DNA from: an uncultured Alphaproteobacteria bacterium
Lineage (GTDB): Bacteria > Pseudomonadota > Alphaproteobacteria > Rhizobiales > Aestuariivirgaceae
Length of the DNA: 64,000 bases
Assembly: GCA_963754625.1 (NCBI GenBank)
Contig: CAVWGR010000001.1
Span: forward strand, 129,513 to 193,512
Direction: 5' to 3'
Part shown: positions 9,107 through 19,309 of the stretch, in pieces
Numbering within the stretch: position 1 is the first letter of the stretch
Layout: each line of letters starts with the position of its first letter
Program-made: the position numbers and the translations under genes
Notes under the pieces: generated by a model
The model's input: only the letters and a program-made list of their open reading frames with translations
What the model was told of the DNA's origin: nothing
Database searches by the model: none

Positions 9107-11506
9107 ATGCCCACCGTAACCGACATTCTCGACAGCATGGACTATGGCCCGTCACCAGAGCAGACTACCCACGTCAAGGACTGGCTTTCCCGCCATGCCG
9201 ATGGCTTCGGTCATTTCATCAATGGCGCATTTGTCGCTTCATCCGGCAAGGCCTGGGTCGCGGTCGACAATCCTGCTGATGGTTCGTCATTGGCCCGGGT
9301 TCCGCAAGGCACCACGGTAGATGTGGATGCGGCGGTGCAGGCAGCGCGCAAGGCGTTTCCTGCCTGGTCGAAACTTTCCGGCCATGTTCGCGCCAAGCAT
9401 CTTTATGCACTTGCTCGCCATATCCAGAAGCGTGAACGTTTCTTCGCGGTGCTTGAAACCATGGACAATGGCAAGACCATTCGCGAGAGCCGTGACATCG
9501 ACGTGCCACTGGTGGCGCGCCACTTCTATCATCACGCCGGCTGGGCACAGCTGATCGACAGCGAGTTCAAGGGCTATGGTCCCGTCGGTGTGTGCGGGCA
9601 GATCATTCCGTGGAATTTCCCACTGCTCATGCTGGCGTGGAAAATCGCACCTGCCCTTGCCGCAGGGAACACCGTCGTATTGAAGCCTGCGGAGTTCACA
9701 CCGCTCACGGCGCTGGCACTCGCCGAAGCCTGTGTTGAAGCGGGCCTGCCCAAGGGTGTTGTCAACATCGTCACCGGCGATGGTGAAACCGGTGCCGCAC
9801 TTGTGGCGCACAAGGACGTCGACAAGATTGCCTTCACTGGGTCAACCGACGTCGGACGCCTGATCCGCGCCGCAACGGCGGGGTCGGGAAAGAAGCTGTC
9901 GCTGGAGTTGGGCGGCAAGTCGCCATTCATCGTGTACGAAGATGCTGACCTTGATGCTGCCGTTGAAGGCGTTGTTGATGCCGTTTGGTTCAACCAGGGC
10001 CAGGTCTGCTGCGCGGGCACCAGACTTCTGGTGCAAGAAGGCGTGGCTGAGCGTTTCCTCGCCAAGCTGAAGAAGCGCATGGAGACGCTGCGCATCGGTG
10101 ATCCACTCGACAAATCCACCGACATGGGGCCGCTGGTTGCGCCGGTGCAGTTGCAACGCGTCACGGCGCTGGTGAAAAAGGGCGAGAGCGAAGGCGGCAC
10201 GCTGGTGCAGGCCTCGTGTCCATTGCCTGCCAAGGGAAACTATTTCCCTCCGTCGCTGTTCATCAATGTCGATACCTCGTCCACCGTGATCCAGGAGGAA
10301 ATCTTCGGGCCGGTTGTTTCGGCCATGACGTTTCGCACGCCGGATGAAGCTGCGGCACTGGCCAATCATACCCGCTATGGACTTGCGGCATCCATCTGGT
10401 CGGAGAACATCAACGTGGCACTTGACGCTGCGGCGCGCATGACGGCGGGCGTGGTGTGGATCAACTCGACCAATCTCTTTGACGCCGCCGCAGGCTTCGG
10501 TGGCTACAAGGAGTCAGGCTTCGGCCGCGAAGGTGGGCGCGAAGGCCTGTACGAATATCTGGTGGCCGATTGGCTGAAGGCGTTGCCCGAAAGCAAGCCA
10601 TCCAAGATTGTTGCGCTTTCGGGTGCAACAACTGCCGTTGCCCCCGCGGATGGCACGCCGTCGATTGACCGCACCGCCAAGCTCTATGTCGGCGGCAAGC
10701 AGACCCGTCCCGACAGCGGCTATTCCTTTGCCGTGAAAGACGCCAAGGGCAAGGTCATCGGGCAGGCGGGACTCGGCAATCGCAAGGACATCCGCAACGC
10801 GGTTGAAGCGGCGGTGAAGGCGTCGGCCTGGTCATCGGCTTCGGCACACAACCGCGCCCAGGTCTTGTTCTTCATCGCCGAAAATCTCGCGGCGCGCAGC
10901 GATGAATTTGCCAGACGCCTGGCACAAGGTGGTGCTTCCACCCGCGATGCCCGGCGCGAAGTTGAAGCGACACTCGAGCGCATCTTCTTCTATGCGGCTC
11001 ATGCAGACAAGCATGATGGCCGCATCCACTCCACCAATGCCAAGCGCCAGACGACGTTGGCTTTCAACGAGCCTTTTGGTGTGATGGGGCTGGTGTGCAG
11101 CGATCACGCGCCACTTCTGGGGATGATCTCGCTGCTCATGCCAGCCCTTGCCATGGGCAATCGCGTGGTGCTGGTGCCCTCACAATCGCTGCCGCTCGTG
11201 GCTACGGATTTCTATCAGGTGCTCGACACCTCGGATGTGCCAGCGGGAGCCGTCAACATCGTAACGGGTGCGAGCGATGAACTGGCGAGGACCTTGGCCG
11301 AGCACGATGAAGTGGCTGCCATGTGGTATCAGGGAAGCGCAACTGGGTCTGCCATGGTGGAGAAGGCATCGGCCGGAAACCTCAAGTCCACCTGGGTCAA
11401 TGGCGGACGGCGCATCGACTGGTTTGGCAATGACCAGGCCCAGGGGGCTGAATACCTGCGCCGCTCCACGCAGGTGAAAAACATCTGGATTCCCTATGGC
11501 GAATAA
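9107..11506 (+). CDS. Two-domain aldehyde dehydrogenase (ALDH16-like)
   Basis: IIPWNFP, FTGSTDVG, LELGGK, NQGQVCCAG and EEIFGPV, followed by a second degenerate ALDH domain (799 aa). Confidence 0.9.
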   Translation: MPTVTDILDSMDYGPSPEQTTHVKDWLSRHADGFGHFINGAFVASSGKAWVAVDNPADGSSLARVPQGTTVDVDAAVQAARKAFPAWSKLSGHVRAKHLYALARHIQKRERFFAVLETMDNGKTIRESRDIDVPLVARHFYHHAGWAQLIDSEFKGYGPVGVCGQIIPWNFPLLMLAWKIAPALAAGNTVVLKPAEFTPLTALALAEACVEAGLPKGVVNIVTGDGETGAALVAHKDVDKIAFTGSTDVGRLIRAATAGSGKKLSLELGGKSPFIVYEDADLDAAVEGVVDAVWFNQGQVCCAGTRLLVQEGVAERFLAKLKKRMETLRIGDPLDKSTDMGPLVAPVQLQRVTALVKKGESEGGTLVQASCPLPAKGNYFPPSLFINVDTSSTVIQEEIFGPVVSAMTFRTPDEAAALANHTRYGLAASIWSENINVALDAAARMTAGVVWINSTNLFDAAAGFGGYKESGFGREGGREGLYEYLVADWLKALPESKPSKIVALSGATTAVAPADGTPSIDRTAKLYVGGKQTRPDSGYSFAVKDAKGKVIGQAGLGNRKDIRNAVEAAVKASAWSSASAHNRAQVLFFIAENLAARSDEFARRLAQGGASTRDARREVEATLERIFFYAAHADKHDGRIHSTNAKRQTTLAFNEPFGVMGLVCSDHAPLLGMISLLMPALAMGNRVVLVPSQSLPLVATDFYQVLDTSDVPAGAVNIVTGASDELARTLAEHDEVAAMWYQGSATGSAMVEKASAGNLKSTWVNGGRRIDWFGNDQAQGAEYLRRSTQVKNIWIPYGE

Positions 11507-11521
11507 GACTCGCGCAAGAGA

Positions 11522-11550
11522 TTGCAGCGGGCCCGGCCAGCGGCTATAGC
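11522..11550 (+). promoter_or_regulatory. Sigma70-type promoter of tRNA-Gln
   Basis: TTGCAG-N17-TATAGC upstream of the tRNA. Confidence 0.55.
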
Positions 11551-11614
11551 GGCTCGCGCAAGGCCGGGCTCCCGCTGGAATCAGCTGTTCGGGGGCCGGG
11601 CCATCAGCCAGTGT

Positions 11615-11689
11615 TGGGGCGTCGCCAAGCGGTAAGGCAGCGGATTTTGATTCCGCCATGCGGAGGTTCGATCCCTCCCGCCCCAGCCA
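11615..11689 (+). tRNA. tRNA-Gln(TTG)
   Basis: TGGGGCG...GCGGA-TT-TTG-AT-TCCGC...GGTTCGATCC...CGCCCCA-GCCA. Confidence 0.97.
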
Positions 11690-11725
11690 TTTCTCAGCAT
11701 CGTGCGGATGTTGATTGCCCGGACC

Positions 11726-12817
11726 CTAGGATTGAGGAAACAGCCTTCGCAGGCCTTCTGCCGAGGCTTCGGCGATGCCGCGTTCCGTTATCAGGCCCGT
11801 AACAAGACGGGCTGGTGTCACGTCGAAGGCCGGATTTCCCGCCGGAGTTTCAAGAGGAGAAATGCGCACGCGGGCTATGTTGCCACGCTCGTCCAATCCC
11901 TGCACGAAATTCACTTCTGCCCCGGCGCGCTCTTCGATGGGGATTTCCGTGAGGCCGTTCCTGACCGTCCAGTCGATGGTGGGCGAGGGCAGGCCGACAT
12001 AAAAGGGCACGTTGTTGTCGTGGGCCGCAAGTGCCTTCAAATAGGTGCCGATCTTGTTGCAGACATCGCCATTAGCAGTGGTGCGGTCGGTACCGACGAT
12101 CACCATGTCGATCTTGCCACGCTGCATCAGATGGCCGCCAGCATTGTCGACGATCAGCGTGTGCGGCACACCGTGGCCGGCCAATTCCCAGGCCGTCAAC
12201 TGGGCGCCCTGATTGCGGGGACGCGTTTCATCGACGTAAACGTGAATGGGAATGCCTGCTTCATGGGCTGCATAGATGGGAGCCGTGGCGGTGCCAACGT
12301 CCACAGTTGCCAGCCATCCGGCGTTGCAGTGCGTGAGAATGTTGACCGGTGCGCCGTTCTTCTTGCCGGCTGCAATCTTCCTGATGATTTCGAGACCATG
12401 GCGGCCGATGGACTTGTTCAGTTCCACGTCTTCATCGGCGATTTCGGCGGCCCGGGCGAAGGCACGTTGCGCCCGCCTGTTTGCAGGGACAGCCAGGAGA
12501 TGCTTGCGCATGTCATCGAGTGCCCATTTGAGATTGATGGCGGTGGGGCGGGTGGCGTGCAGTGTGTGCCATGTTGCATCGAGGGTGACATCGCTCGCGT
12601 CAGTGAGCATCGCGATCGCCATGCCATACGCGGCGGTGGCGCCTATCAATGGGGCACCGCGCACCCACATGTCGCGGATGGCGGTTGCAACCTCAGTCAC
12701 CGAACGCAAGGTCTCGATGCGGAATTCGTGGGGCAGGACGCGCTGGTCGATGATGTCCACCGCCTTGCCGTCAGCCGTTGGCCAGATGGTGCGGAAGTGC
12801 TTGCCGTTGACGTTCAT
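11726..12817 (-). CDS. mtnA: S-methyl-5-thioribose-1-phosphate isomerase
   Basis: [51 protein letters not shown]. Confidence 0.95.
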   Translation of the reverse strand: MNVNGKHFRTIWPTADGKAVDIIDQRVLPHEFRIETLRSVTEVATAIRDMWVRGAPLIGATAAYGMAIAMLTDASDVTLDATWHTLHATRPTAINLKWALDDMRKHLLAVPANRRAQRAFARAAEIADEDVELNKSIGRHGLEIIRKIAAGKKNGAPVNILTHCNAGWLATVDVGTATAPIYAAHEAGIPIHVYVDETRPRNQGAQLTAWELAGHGVPHTLIVDNAGGHLMQRGKIDMVIVGTDRTTANGDVCNKIGTYLKALAAHDNNVPFYVGLPSPTIDWTVRNGLTEIPIEERAGAEVNFVQGLDERGNIARVRISPLETPAGNPAFDVTPARLVTGLITERGIAEASAEGLRRLFPQS

Positions 12818-14091
12818 GTCAGCACATCCAGATCGAGCTTGATGGCGAGTGCATTGAGGTCACGGAGGGAACTGACGGTGCTGCGGTTCACTGCCAGATG
12901 CCGCCCGAATTTGAGCGCGCGTGCCTCACAAGCTGCCCGCAGGTCTGCATCGGCAATCTTCTCAAAGTCGGCATTGTGGGCAAGGCCAAGTATGCGGCGG
13001 TGCGTTTCAATGCCGGCAAATCCCAACATGTCGACCCAGATGCCATGCAACACATATTGCAGTGCCTGTTCCGACCCCAGGGTGTCGCCTTGATCTTCAA
13101 ACAGGCTGTGCTGGTAGAGAATGCCGGTACGTTCGGTTCGCCACAGTTGAGCAAAGTCGGCAGAGAAGCGCTCCCATGTTGCGACAATGATGGTCAGCAG
13201 GTCCCGGCGCAACGTATCGCGAGAGCCATTGGCTTCATGGCCACGTTGCGAAAAGAAACTCATCCAATAATTGGCCAGCAGCATGCCAATATCAAAACCG
13301 AAGGGGCCATAGAAGGCGAACTCCGGATCGATGACGCGGGTCTGTGTTTTTGTCACCATCACAGAACCGGTGTGCATGTCACCGTGACACAGCGTTTCGG
13401 ACTGGGCAGAGAACTTGTGCTTCATCTGCTGTGCGGCAACCCTTAAGTCACGGTCGGCGCGTAGCGTTGCTGCCAGCGCATCAAGCTGCGGTGTGGTGTG
13501 GCGGTTCAACTTGGCTTCGAAATAGGGATCGGAGAAGACCAGGTTCTCGCTGATGTCGCAGAGTTCCACATTGTCAGCGAACAATGCCATGTCGGCCTTC
13601 TTTTGCGCCGTCTTCATGGAGAGATCGGAATTGCGGAAGGCGGTGCGCGCCAGATGGCTGCCGAGGTCGTTTGCAAGGTCGGGCAGTTCGCGGCCTTCGA
13701 TGAGGGCATGGCGCAGGATGACGTGGGGGCTCAGATACTCCATGACGATCATGGCCTGGGCTTCGTCAAAGTGAAAGATCTCCGGCGTTCGGCCGGGGTC
13801 GGCAGCGCCGAGGCGCATCAAGGCGTGATACTCGAAGTACGAGCGCTTCAGTGCCAGGGGCCAGCTTTCGCCGACGAGCCGCACATAGGGCAGGGCCTGC
13901 TTCACCACCACAGCACCGGCATTGCCCGTGACGATGAAGACCAGATTGAGGTTGCCATCGCCAACTTCACGCACGGTCCAGCGTGATGTGTCTTGGCCTG
14001 CGGCCTTGATCAACGGCGGAAGACTGCCGAGGCGCTGGGGCAGGGTCTCCGGCGTAAGCGCGCGGAATTCTGATGCCTTGGCTTGGTCCAT
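12814..14091 (-). CDS. mtnK: S-methyl-5-thioribose kinase
   Basis: [40 protein letters not shown]. 4-nt overlap with mtnA. Confidence 0.95.
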   Translation of the reverse strand: MDQAKASEFRALTPETLPQRLGSLPPLIKAAGQDTSRWTVREVGDGNLNLVFIVTGNAGAVVVKQALPYVRLVGESWPLALKRSYFEYHALMRLGAADPGRTPEIFHFDEAQAMIVMEYLSPHVILRHALIEGRELPDLANDLGSHLARTAFRNSDLSMKTAQKKADMALFADNVELCDISENLVFSDPYFEAKLNRHTTPQLDALAATLRADRDLRVAAQQMKHKFSAQSETLCHGDMHTGSVMVTKTQTRVIDPEFAFYGPFGFDIGMLLANYWMSFFSQRGHEANGSRDTLRRDLLTIIVATWERFSADFAQLWRTERTGILYQHSLFEDQGDTLGSEQALQYVLHGIWVDMLGFAGIETHRRILGLAHNADFEKIADADLRAACEARALKFGRHLAVNRSTVSSLRDLNALAIKLDLDVLT

Positions 14092-14133
14092 GGTCTCAAT
14101 CTCTCAGAAGACACCCGCGCATGAACTGGTCGC

Positions 14134-15147
14134 TCACTCGGAATCCTTCAACCTTTGTGCATAGACATTGATGATCAGGGCCGAGAGCAGAATCAGTCCG
14201 CGAATGAGAATCTTGAGGAAGCTGTCGATCTGAATGTGGTCGAGGCCGTTGTTCAAGACGCCCAGTACCAGGAGACCAATGATGGTGTTGCCGATGCCAC
14301 CGCGTCCGCCGAAGAGGCTGGTGCCACCGACCACGACGGCGGCGATGGCGTCGAGCAGGTAGGTGTCGAACTGGTTCTGTTGGGCCGAGCCGTAATAGGC
14401 CACGGCCAGCATGCCGGCGATGCCCGAACACATGGCGGAGATGACCATGACGGCACCAATGATGCGCTTGACGTTGACGCCAGAATACTCGGCCGCCTCG
14501 CGGTTGCCGCCGGTCATGTAGATGTAGCGGCCAAAGCGCGTGTAGTTGAGCACCAGGTGTCCGGCGAGCAGGAAAATGATGGCAACAATGATAGTCCACC
14601 TGATGCCGAAGATGGAGCCGGAACCCAGCACCGTGATGAGGTCGGGATAGGAATAGGCAATCTGGCCGCGCACCAGCAACGCCGACACGCCATTGGCGAT
14701 CTGCATGATGGCGAGTGTCATGATGAAAGAAGGAATGCCAATCCACGTCACCCCAAATGCCGTGATGAGACCAAAGGCAAGGGCCGACAGCAATGTCAGC
14801 ACGATGGCGATGGCACCCGGCATGGGCACGTTGGCAATGTTCACATAATCCGGCTGGACTGTGAAAAAGGCGATGGTGATGCCGATGGCGTTGGCAACGG
14901 CGGCCACCGAGAGGTCGATTTCAGCGGTGAGGATCACATAGGTGAGACCGACGGCGATAATGGCTGTGATCGATATCTGCGAAAGGATGTTCATGAAGTT
15001 GACGACGGTGAAGAAGGATGGGCTTGCCAACGAGAAGAACAAGACCAACGCAAGCAGGGTGAAGACTGGAGCAATGTTGCGCAGCTGCTCTGTCAGGAAT
15101 GCCCGGAGGCGGCTTTGCGGTTGTTCCAGTGTCGTCGTCGTCGTCAT
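14134..15147 (-). CDS. Sugar ABC transporter permease (RbsC-like)
   Basis: EIDLSV, TRFGRYIYMTGGNREAA, AAVVVGGTSLFGGRG. Confidence 0.92.
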   Translation of the reverse strand: MTTTTTLEQPQSRLRAFLTEQLRNIAPVFTLLALVLFFSLASPSFFTVVNFMNILSQISITAIIAVGLTYVILTAEIDLSVAAVANAIGITIAFFTVQPDYVNIANVPMPGAIAIVLTLLSALAFGLITAFGVTWIGIPSFIMTLAIMQIANGVSALLVRGQIAYSYPDLITVLGSGSIFGIRWTIIVAIIFLLAGHLVLNYTRFGRYIYMTGGNREAAEYSGVNVKRIIGAVMVISAMCSGIAGMLAVAYYGSAQQNQFDTYLLDAIAAVVVGGTSLFGGRGGIGNTIIGLLVLGVLNNGLDHIQIDSFLKILIRGLILLSALIINVYAQRLKDSE

Positions 15148-15157
15148 GTAACGTCCC

Positions 15158-16672
15158 TCACGCCGCTGCCAGCAAATCGCCCTTGTGAATTTCTCCCGTG
15201 ACGAACTCTTTTGCCACGGTACCCTTGCGCATCACACTCACGCGATCCGCGAGGGTGAGGATGGTTTCAGGTTCGGTTGACAGAACCAGAATGGCCACGC
15301 CTTTTTCACGCAGGTTCTTGACGATGCGGATCACATCTTCCTTGGCGCCCACGTCCATGCCGCGTGTCGGTTCGGAGAGGATCAGCACCTTGGGCAGATG
15401 GGTCAGCCATTTCGCCAGCGCCACTTTCTGCTGATTGCCGCCCGAGAGCGAGCCCAGCATCATGTCCGGCTTCGGCGGCCTGATCTGCAAATCATTGGTC
15501 TGCGCTTCGGCGATGCTGCGTTCGGTTGCGGGTTTGAGAAAGAAGCGGTGAATGCGATCCAGAATGGCAATTGAAATATTCTTGTACACGGGCTCGCCGC
15601 GAAACAGCATCATGCGGCGGTTTTCTGATACGAAAGCAATGCCAGAGGCGCGCGCTGCTGCGGTGGAACGGAAGACATGCGGCTGGCCGTTGAGCTTGAT
15701 GCTGCCGCGCCTGATCCGGGTCTTGCCGAAAAGGGCGCGTGCCAATTCAATCTGGCCGCATCCCATGTAGCCATAGATTCCGGTGATTTCGCCAGCCCGC
15801 AATTTCAGCGATACCCCGTGCAGCGTCTTGCCATCGCTGACGTTGTCGGCGGCCAGCACGACTGGTTTTGACTCGTCGCCGCGCAATTCACTGCTCTCGC
15901 CCATGTGCATGCCAACCGAGCCGCGCCCGATCATGTGGGAGATGACATCATCCTTGGTCAGGCTGGCGGAGGATTGCGTGACGACCTTCTTGCCATTGCG
16001 AAAGACCGTGACCGTGTCGGAAATTTCCAGCACGTCATCGAGGAAATGCGAAATGAAGATGATGCCGCGGCCTTCGGCTTTGATCTTCCGGAGCACGTCA
16101 AAAAGGCGTTTCACCTCAGGCGGCGAGAGCGCGGAGGTTGGTTCGTCGAGTATGATGATACGGGCACCGGAAAAGAGTACCCGTGACAACTCGACCAACT
16201 GTTGCAGACCGACCGGCAATGATCCCATGCGGGTTGTGGGGTCAATCTCAAGTCCGAGGCTGCCGATCAGCCGGGCGGCTTCGCGGTTGATGCGGGCCCA
16301 GTCGATGGTGCCAAAGCGGGTGACAGGCTGGTGGCCAAGAAAGACGTTCTCCGCCACGGTGAGGTCGGGCACTGTCGACAATTCCTGATGCACCATGCCG
16401 ATACCCGAGGCGAGCGCATCGCGGGCCGAACGGAAGCGCACCGGCTTTCCCTCGACCTGCATGTCGCCTTCGTAGTCGGCATAAACGCCGGCGATGATCT
16501 TCATGGTGGTGGATTTGCCAGCGCCATTCTCGCCGACGAGGCCATGGATCTCTCCGGCCTGCAGCACAAAGTCCACGTCCTTCAGCGCCGCTATGCCGCC
16601 GAAGGACTTGGAGACATTGGACAGTTGAAGAAGGGGCGGTTGATCGCCCCTTCCGTCTGGGTGTGTGGTCAT
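15158..16672 (-). CDS. Sugar ABC transporter ATP-binding protein (RbsA-like)
   Basis: GENGAGKST, LDEPTSAL, LSGGNQQK, and SEPTRGMDVGAK in the second domain. Confidence 0.93.
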   Translation of the reverse strand: MTTHPDGRGDQPPLLQLSNVSKSFGGIAALKDVDFVLQAGEIHGLVGENGAGKSTTMKIIAGVYADYEGDMQVEGKPVRFRSARDALASGIGMVHQELSTVPDLTVAENVFLGHQPVTRFGTIDWARINREAARLIGSLGLEIDPTTRMGSLPVGLQQLVELSRVLFSGARIIILDEPTSALSPPEVKRLFDVLRKIKAEGRGIIFISHFLDDVLEISDTVTVFRNGKKVVTQSSASLTKDDVISHMIGRGSVGMHMGESSELRGDESKPVVLAADNVSDGKTLHGVSLKLRAGEITGIYGYMGCGQIELARALFGKTRIRRGSIKLNGQPHVFRSTAAARASGIAFVSENRRMMLFRGEPVYKNISIAILDRIHRFFLKPATERSIAEAQTNDLQIRPPKPDMMLGSLSGGNQQKVALAKWLTHLPKVLILSEPTRGMDVGAKEDVIRIVKNLREKGVAILVLSTEPETILTLADRVSVMRKGTVAKEFVTGEIHKGDLLAAA

Positions 16673-16679
16673 CGAGACC

Positions 16680-17705
16680 TCAGATGAGGAAGTTCTTCTG
16701 CAGCCACAGGTGGCCCGGCGCGGTTTCCTTGGTGATCACGGGGCCATCGGCGAGGATGAAGTCGGGAATATCCTTGCCGGCCTTTTCACCGCCCTGAACA
16801 GCGGCAACGCCCGCCGCGACCGACCAGCCGTGGATGCGGCAGGAGGGGTTGCGCACAGTGGCCAGCATGGTGCCTTCGAGAACCGCATTGACGGCGGGTG
16901 CCATGGCATCCACGCCGGCAATAATGATCTTTTCACGGCCCTTCTGCTTCATCACCTGATGGGCAGCGAGCGCCATGTCATCGTTGTGGAAGAAGGCACC
17001 CGCAATATCGGCATTCTGGGTCAGGATCGAATCCCAGATGCGGGCGACCTTGGTCACATCCCAGTCGGCTGGTTCTTCATTCACCACCTTCACATCGGGA
17101 TAGGCCGCGATGACTTGCTGGAAGCCCTTTGCGCGGCCCTGTGCGCCGGAGTGACCAAGTGCACCCTGCGTCATGACCACATTGCCCTTGCCGCCGATGG
17201 CGGTCATGAGTTGTGCGGCTACGGCGGAACCCATCATCACGTTGTCTGGCGCAATGAAGGTGTGCAGCGGAACCGTGCCCGGAGGGGCAACGAGCGTATC
17301 CATGGCGATCACCGGCGTGCCGCCATCGATCATCTTCTTGATCGGATCGGTCAAGGTGCCGATGCCAAAGGTCTGGATGGCGACAAAGTCCCACTTCTGC
17401 GTCGCCATGTTGTCGATGGCGGCGCGCTGTTTGGTGGCCGAGAGTTCACCGTCGAACCAGGTGATCTCGACGTTCATCAGTTTTCCCCAGGCTTCGGCCG
17501 CCTGCTTGCCCTGGGCACACCAAGTGGCCTGCAAGCCAGCATTGGAGAAGGCAGCCTTCATTGGCTTGCCCGATGGTGCGAGTGCCTGAGCCATCGCGGG
17601 ACTGAAGCCGGCGTCTGCGAACAATGCTGCCGCCAACGAAGTCTTGCCGATGGTCTTGAAGACGTTACGGCGTGAGGCGGCGACTTTCAGAATATCTTTG
17701 AACAT
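16680..17705 (-). CDS. Sugar ABC transporter substrate-binding protein (Tat signal)
   Basis: SRRNVFK twin-arginine leader and a periplasmic binding protein type 1 pattern (HNDDMALAA, AGVDA). Confidence 0.88.
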   Translation of the reverse strand: MFKDILKVAASRRNVFKTIGKTSLAAALFADAGFSPAMAQALAPSGKPMKAAFSNAGLQATWCAQGKQAAEAWGKLMNVEITWFDGELSATKQRAAIDNMATQKWDFVAIQTFGIGTLTDPIKKMIDGGTPVIAMDTLVAPPGTVPLHTFIAPDNVMMGSAVAAQLMTAIGGKGNVVMTQGALGHSGAQGRAKGFQQVIAAYPDVKVVNEEPADWDVTKVARIWDSILTQNADIAGAFFHNDDMALAAHQVMKQKGREKIIIAGVDAMAPAVNAVLEGTMLATVRNPSCRIHGWSVAAGVAAVQGGEKAGKDIPDFILADGPVITKETAPGHLWLQKNFLI

Positions 17706-18031
17706 GAGTTTCTCCCATTGATCGGTGTCTTTTGTTGCAAACATTTTATTGAACGAAAGAAGATCAGAAGTACTGGCTCGTTTTCCAGCACTGTAGGCTC
17801 GAACGCGTATGGTTATAGCAGTGACTCTTTCATGTGCAACCGACCTTGCGACTACGTTGTATTCCGGGAACGCATGGTATTGCGCATTGCAGCATAAATA
17901 TCCGAACACGGATTAATGGCGCGATGCCCACCCAGTGGAGCAAGACCTGCCGCATTGCAATGAACGCCGTGGGGTTCACGGCGGAGATGCAACAGATAGC
18001 CGGTCAAAGCGCTTTCAGTCTGCTTTTCTGC

Positions 18032-19309
18032 TCAACGGCCGTCGCGCAGAAATGTGAAGTAGTCATCGCCGCCGACCTGGCCGCCCTTCAATGCGATTTC
18101 AAGTTCTGCCAGTTCGGCAGTGGTGGCGAAGGCGCGGCAGAGCGGGGACCCTGGGGTGGCAGCCAGTGGATAACTTGTTTTCAGTGCGAAGATATCAAGT
18201 TCGCCGAGGGCGTGGCTGGAGGTGTCGCCGCCTGCGATGATGGCGCGTTTCAATCCGGTGTAGCGCAAGACGTGGCGCAAAATCCGGCCGAGACCCTCAC
18301 CGATGGCGCGGCGGCCATCGGCGATGGCGTTCAATTTCTCACCTTCGTCGGTGGCGCTGCCCAGGGCCGTGTGCAGCAATGGACTTCGCCCTGCAGATAA
18401 AATGCGCAATGTGTGGTCTGTTGCATCTTGAAGGGCCGCGGTATTGCGCTGCGCCAAATCAATTGCCGCGACCGGTACAGCTTCAAAGCCGTGTTGGAGA
18501 GCGAAATGGATCTGCCTTTCAGTTGTCGGCGAGACGCTGCCGGATACAACAATGGTTTGTGCAACTTTGCGCAATGGTGCAAATTCGGCACGACCTGAGA
18601 GCTGCCGGGATGCGACCAGTGCTTTCATCACTGCATATTCGATACCGGAGGAGCCAATGACAAAGGGTCGGGCGTGTCGTGGCAAGTGCAGCAGGCGTTC
18701 ACCAGCATGGCACTGCGTGTCGAGATCATGCACATCCAAGAGCGCGATGCCGTGGTGTGGCCAATCAGTGGTTGCCAATTCGACTGGAAGATTTGTCTGC
18801 CGTGCCAGGTGGAGGCGCACGTCGGCCTCATTCATTGGTGTCACGGGATGGCGCGCCATGACGGGATGGCGGTCGATACGATAGGTCTGGCCTTGATATC
18901 CGGCAAACAAGTGGCCAGCAAAGGTGTAGCGCTTCAGTTGCGGTGCGCCGATGACCAGCGGCACGGCGGTCTGGTCAAATACCCGCCTGCCGATTTCGGC
19001 GGCGCGGCCAATACTGCCAATCTCTGCACTCGAGTCGAAAGTCGAGCAGACCTTGTAGTGACAGAAGCGCGCGTTGAGTGTTTTCAACCAGGCGAAGATG
19101 GCTGGAAGATTCTGGTCCATCCAGTGTGGTAATTGGCTGCGGCTGGTGCCGGCAAGTCCAATGGCCACGTGATCAGCGAATGGCGCGAATTCTTCTGCCG
19201 TCGGCAGGCGCGTGAAGAGTACGGTGTCGACGCCGTGGGTCGCCAACGCTTCCATCACATCGGTGGAGCCGGTGAAGTCATCGCCATAATAGCTGATCAA
19301 CCGGCTCAT
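18032..19309 (-). CDS. oiaK: Four-carbon acid sugar kinase family (3-oxo-isoapionate kinase-like)
   Basis: YYGDDFTGSTD, HYKVCSTFDSS, IAGGDTSS, LKGGQVG. ATGA overlap with the RuBisCO-like gene. Confidence 0.8.
   Translation of the reverse strand: MSRLISYYGDDFTGSTDVMEALATHGVDTVLFTRLPTAEEFAPFADHVAIGLAGTSRSQLPHWMDQNLPAIFAWLKTLNARFCHYKVCSTFDSSAEIGSIGRAAEIGRRVFDQTAVPLVIGAPQLKRYTFAGHLFAGYQGQTYRIDRHPVMARHPVTPMNEADVRLHLARQTNLPVELATTDWPHHGIALLDVHDLDTQCHAGERLLHLPRHARPFVIGSSGIEYAVMKALVASRQLSGRAEFAPLRKVAQTIVVSGSVSPTTERQIHFALQHGFEAVPVAAIDLAQRNTAALQDATDHTLRILSAGRSPLLHTALGSATDEGEKLNAIADGRRAIGEGLGRILRHVLRYTGLKRAIIAGGDTSSHALGELDIFALKTSYPLAATPGSPLCRAFATTAELAELEIALKGGQVGGDDYFTFLRDGR

Noticed and set aside
7853-11689. 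Integrative element between tRNA-Pro and tRNA-Gln
   Set aside because: The interval holds only deoC and an aldehyde dehydrogenase, with no integrase or att duplication.
11702-13093. Long shadow ORFs (e.g. 11702-13093 +, 57723-59045 -, 60773-61921 +, 62921-63886 +, 46027-47058 -)
   Set aside because: They are antisense to well-supported genes, lack recognisable motifs, and are expected in high-GC DNA.
17733-17743. TGTTGCAAACA near-palindrome as a LacI-type operator for the ABC operon
   Set aside because: A single short imperfect match with no cognate regulator in the window is too weak to call.
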